Shown here: in pieces, positions 62,124 through 64,000 of the stretch
Position numbering within the stretch: the first letter of the stretch is position 1
How the letters are laid out: every line of letters begins with the position of its first letter
Position numbers and translations under genes: made by a program
Assembly (NCBI RefSeq): GCF_036365525.1
Contig: NC_090393.1
Coordinates: 26,940,190 to 27,004,189, forward strand
From: Heterodontus francisci
Lineage: Eukaryota
Length of the DNA: 64,000 bases
Direction: 5' to 3'
The notes under the pieces: generated by a model
The model's database searches: none
The model's input: only the letters and a program-made list of their open reading frames with translations
Told to the model about the DNA's origin: nothing

Positions 62124-63498
62124 AACATAGAACAGTACAGCACAGTACAGGCCCTTTGGCCCATGATGTTGTGCCGAACCTTTAACCTACTCTAGGATCA
62201 AACTACCTACATACCCTTCATTCTACTATCATCCATGTACCTATCCAAGAGTTGCTTAAATGTCCCTAATGTATCTGCTTCTACTACCGCTGCTGGCAGT
62301 GCATTCCATGCACCCACCACTCTCTGTGTAAAGAACCTACCTCTGACATCTCCCCAAAACCTTCCTCCAATCACCTTAAAATTATGCCCCCTGGTGATAG
62401 CCCTTTCCACCCTGGGAAAATGTCTCTGGCTATCCACTCTATCTATGCCTCTCATCATCTTGTACCCCTCTATCAAGTCACCTCTCATCCTTCTTCGCTC
62501 CAATGAGAAAAGCCCTAGCTCCCTCAACCTTTCTTCGTAAGACATGCCCTCCAGTCCAGGCAGCATCCTGGTAAATCTCCTCTGCATCCTCTCTAAAGCT
62601 TCCACATCCTTCCTATAATGAGGCGACCAGAACTGAACACAATATTCCAAGTGTGGTCTAACCAGGGCTTTATGGAGCTGCAGCATAATCTCGCAGCTCT
62701 TAATCTCCAGCAACCTTCGTGTCATCGGCAAACTTGCTAACCCAGCCTTCCACTTCCTCATCCAAGTCATTTATAAAAATCACAAAGAGCAGAGGTCCCA
62801 GAACAGATCCCTGCGGAACACCACTGGTCACCGAGCTCCAGGCTGAATACTTTCCATCTACTACCACCCTCTGTCTTCTATGGGCCAGCCAATTCTGTAT
62901 CCAGACAGCCAACTTTCCCTGTATCCCATGCCTCCTTACTTTCTGAATGAGCCTACCATGGGGAACCTTATCAAACGCCTTGCTAAAATCCATATACACC
63001 ACATCCAGTGTTCTTCCTTCATCAACGTGTTTTGTCACATCTTCAAAGAATTCAATAAGGCTTGTGAGGCATGACCTGCCCCTCACAAAGTCATGCTGAC
63101 TGTCTCTAATCAAACGATGCTTTTCCAAATAATCATAAATCCGGTCTCTCAGAATCCTCTCCAATAATTTGCCCACTACCGACGTAAGACTGACTGGTCT
63201 ATAATTCCCAGGTTTATCCCTATTCCCTTTCTTGAACAAGGGAATAACATTTGCCACCCTCCAATCATCTGGTACTACTCCAGTGGACAGTGAGGACGCA
63301 AAGATCATCGCCAAAGGCGCGGCAATCTCTTCCCTCGCTTCCCGTAATATCCTTGGGTATATGCCGTCTGGCCCCGGGGACTTATCTGCCCTCATGTCTT
63401 TCAAAATTTCCAGTACATCCTCCCTCTTAACATCAACCTGTTCGAGCATATCAGCCTGTTTCACGCTGTCCTCACAAACGACCAGGTCCCTCTCACTA
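62124..63498 (-). mobile_element. CR1 (HER1-like) LINE 3' part with an internal deletion, nested in the Harbinger
   Basis: RT frames 62700-63464 and 62207-62705; atgtg flanks at 62119-62123 and 63499-63503. Confidence 0.92.
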
Positions 63499-63779
63499 AT
63501 GTGTTGTTGTTACTGTGTGAATGACGTGTGCCAGCATGTACCACTCATGTTTCATCCCTTTACATCATTGGCCTTTCAGAACTGCCGATGTATGGAATAA
63601 CATCATTGCCGTGCTAGCATTACTCAAGTACGTATCCACGGAAGCAGTAACAAGGACAATGGCTCAGTCTGCTGCTGCCTCTAATGGTTTAGAGAAAGAT
63701 GTTGCAGATGTGGACTGCTGCACAGCAGGTGAGCGAGGGTGCTACATGGCTCATGGTGCATCCTATGGAATGGAGAACC

Positions 63780-64000
63780 TTTGATCAATAAGGCACTGCC
63801 GTGCATCGCTAGCTCACTGTTCGCCCTGCATGCGGTACCTGGGTGCTCTCAGTCCTCCCATGCGCCTTTCCTGCTGTAAGACCTCAGCGTCCTCATCGTC
63901 TGAGGAGAAGTCCTGCTCACGTCTCTCCTCATCTTGCGAGGCCTCCCACATATTGAGTGCATAGTTGTGCAACGTGTAGGGAGGTACAACAAACAGCAAC
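63780..64000 (-). pseudogene. Harbinger (HARBI1-like) DDE transposase C-terminal remnant
   Basis: TLHNYAL motif (cf. CxLHN) followed by an acidic tract (QDEERREQDFSSDDEDAE), convergent with the Myb-like ORF. Confidence 0.55.

Larger units (their letters stand above)
60036..64000. mobile_element. Decayed PIF/Harbinger DNA transposon (continues past the window end)
   Basis: TIR-like gtgctgaatttta; Myb/SANT-like gene on + strand; transposase C-terminus on - strand. Confidence 0.75.

Noticed and set aside
1-64000. CRISPR arrays, tRNA/rRNA genes, prokaryotic systems
   Set aside because: Vertebrate sequence; tRNA-like boxes belong to SINE heads; no repeat-spacer arrays seen.

Overview
Eukaryotic genomic DNA, almost certainly from a cartilaginous fish (shark), judged from an HE1/V-SINE, a SacSINE1/DeuSINE-like element and HER1-like CR1 LINEs. 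The first 16 kb hold the last 10 coding exons of THOC5 on the + strand; all junctions are GT-AG and phase-consistent, with the stop at 16054. The remaining ~48 kb has no host gene I can support and is densely nested mobile DNA: CR1/HER1 LINEs, a Zenon/T1-like CR1-group LINE with its SINE derivative, L2 fragments, four RTE-clade (AviRTE-like) LINE copies, Penelope-like elements, solo LTRs, hAT-like elements and a decayed PIF/Harbinger transposon. Most notable: (1) ~100-bp TSD-flanked and palindromic Penelope-derived units carrying minimal hammerhead ribozymes; (2) a full-length RTE with an inverted 5' end and ~390 nt of extra GC-rich sequence, where reversing the inversion rebuilds a pseudoknot; (3) two nearly identical young RTE copies in inverted orientation, one with a 32-bp TSD. 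Family names come from motif recognition, not database searches, and boundaries of old repeats are approximate.
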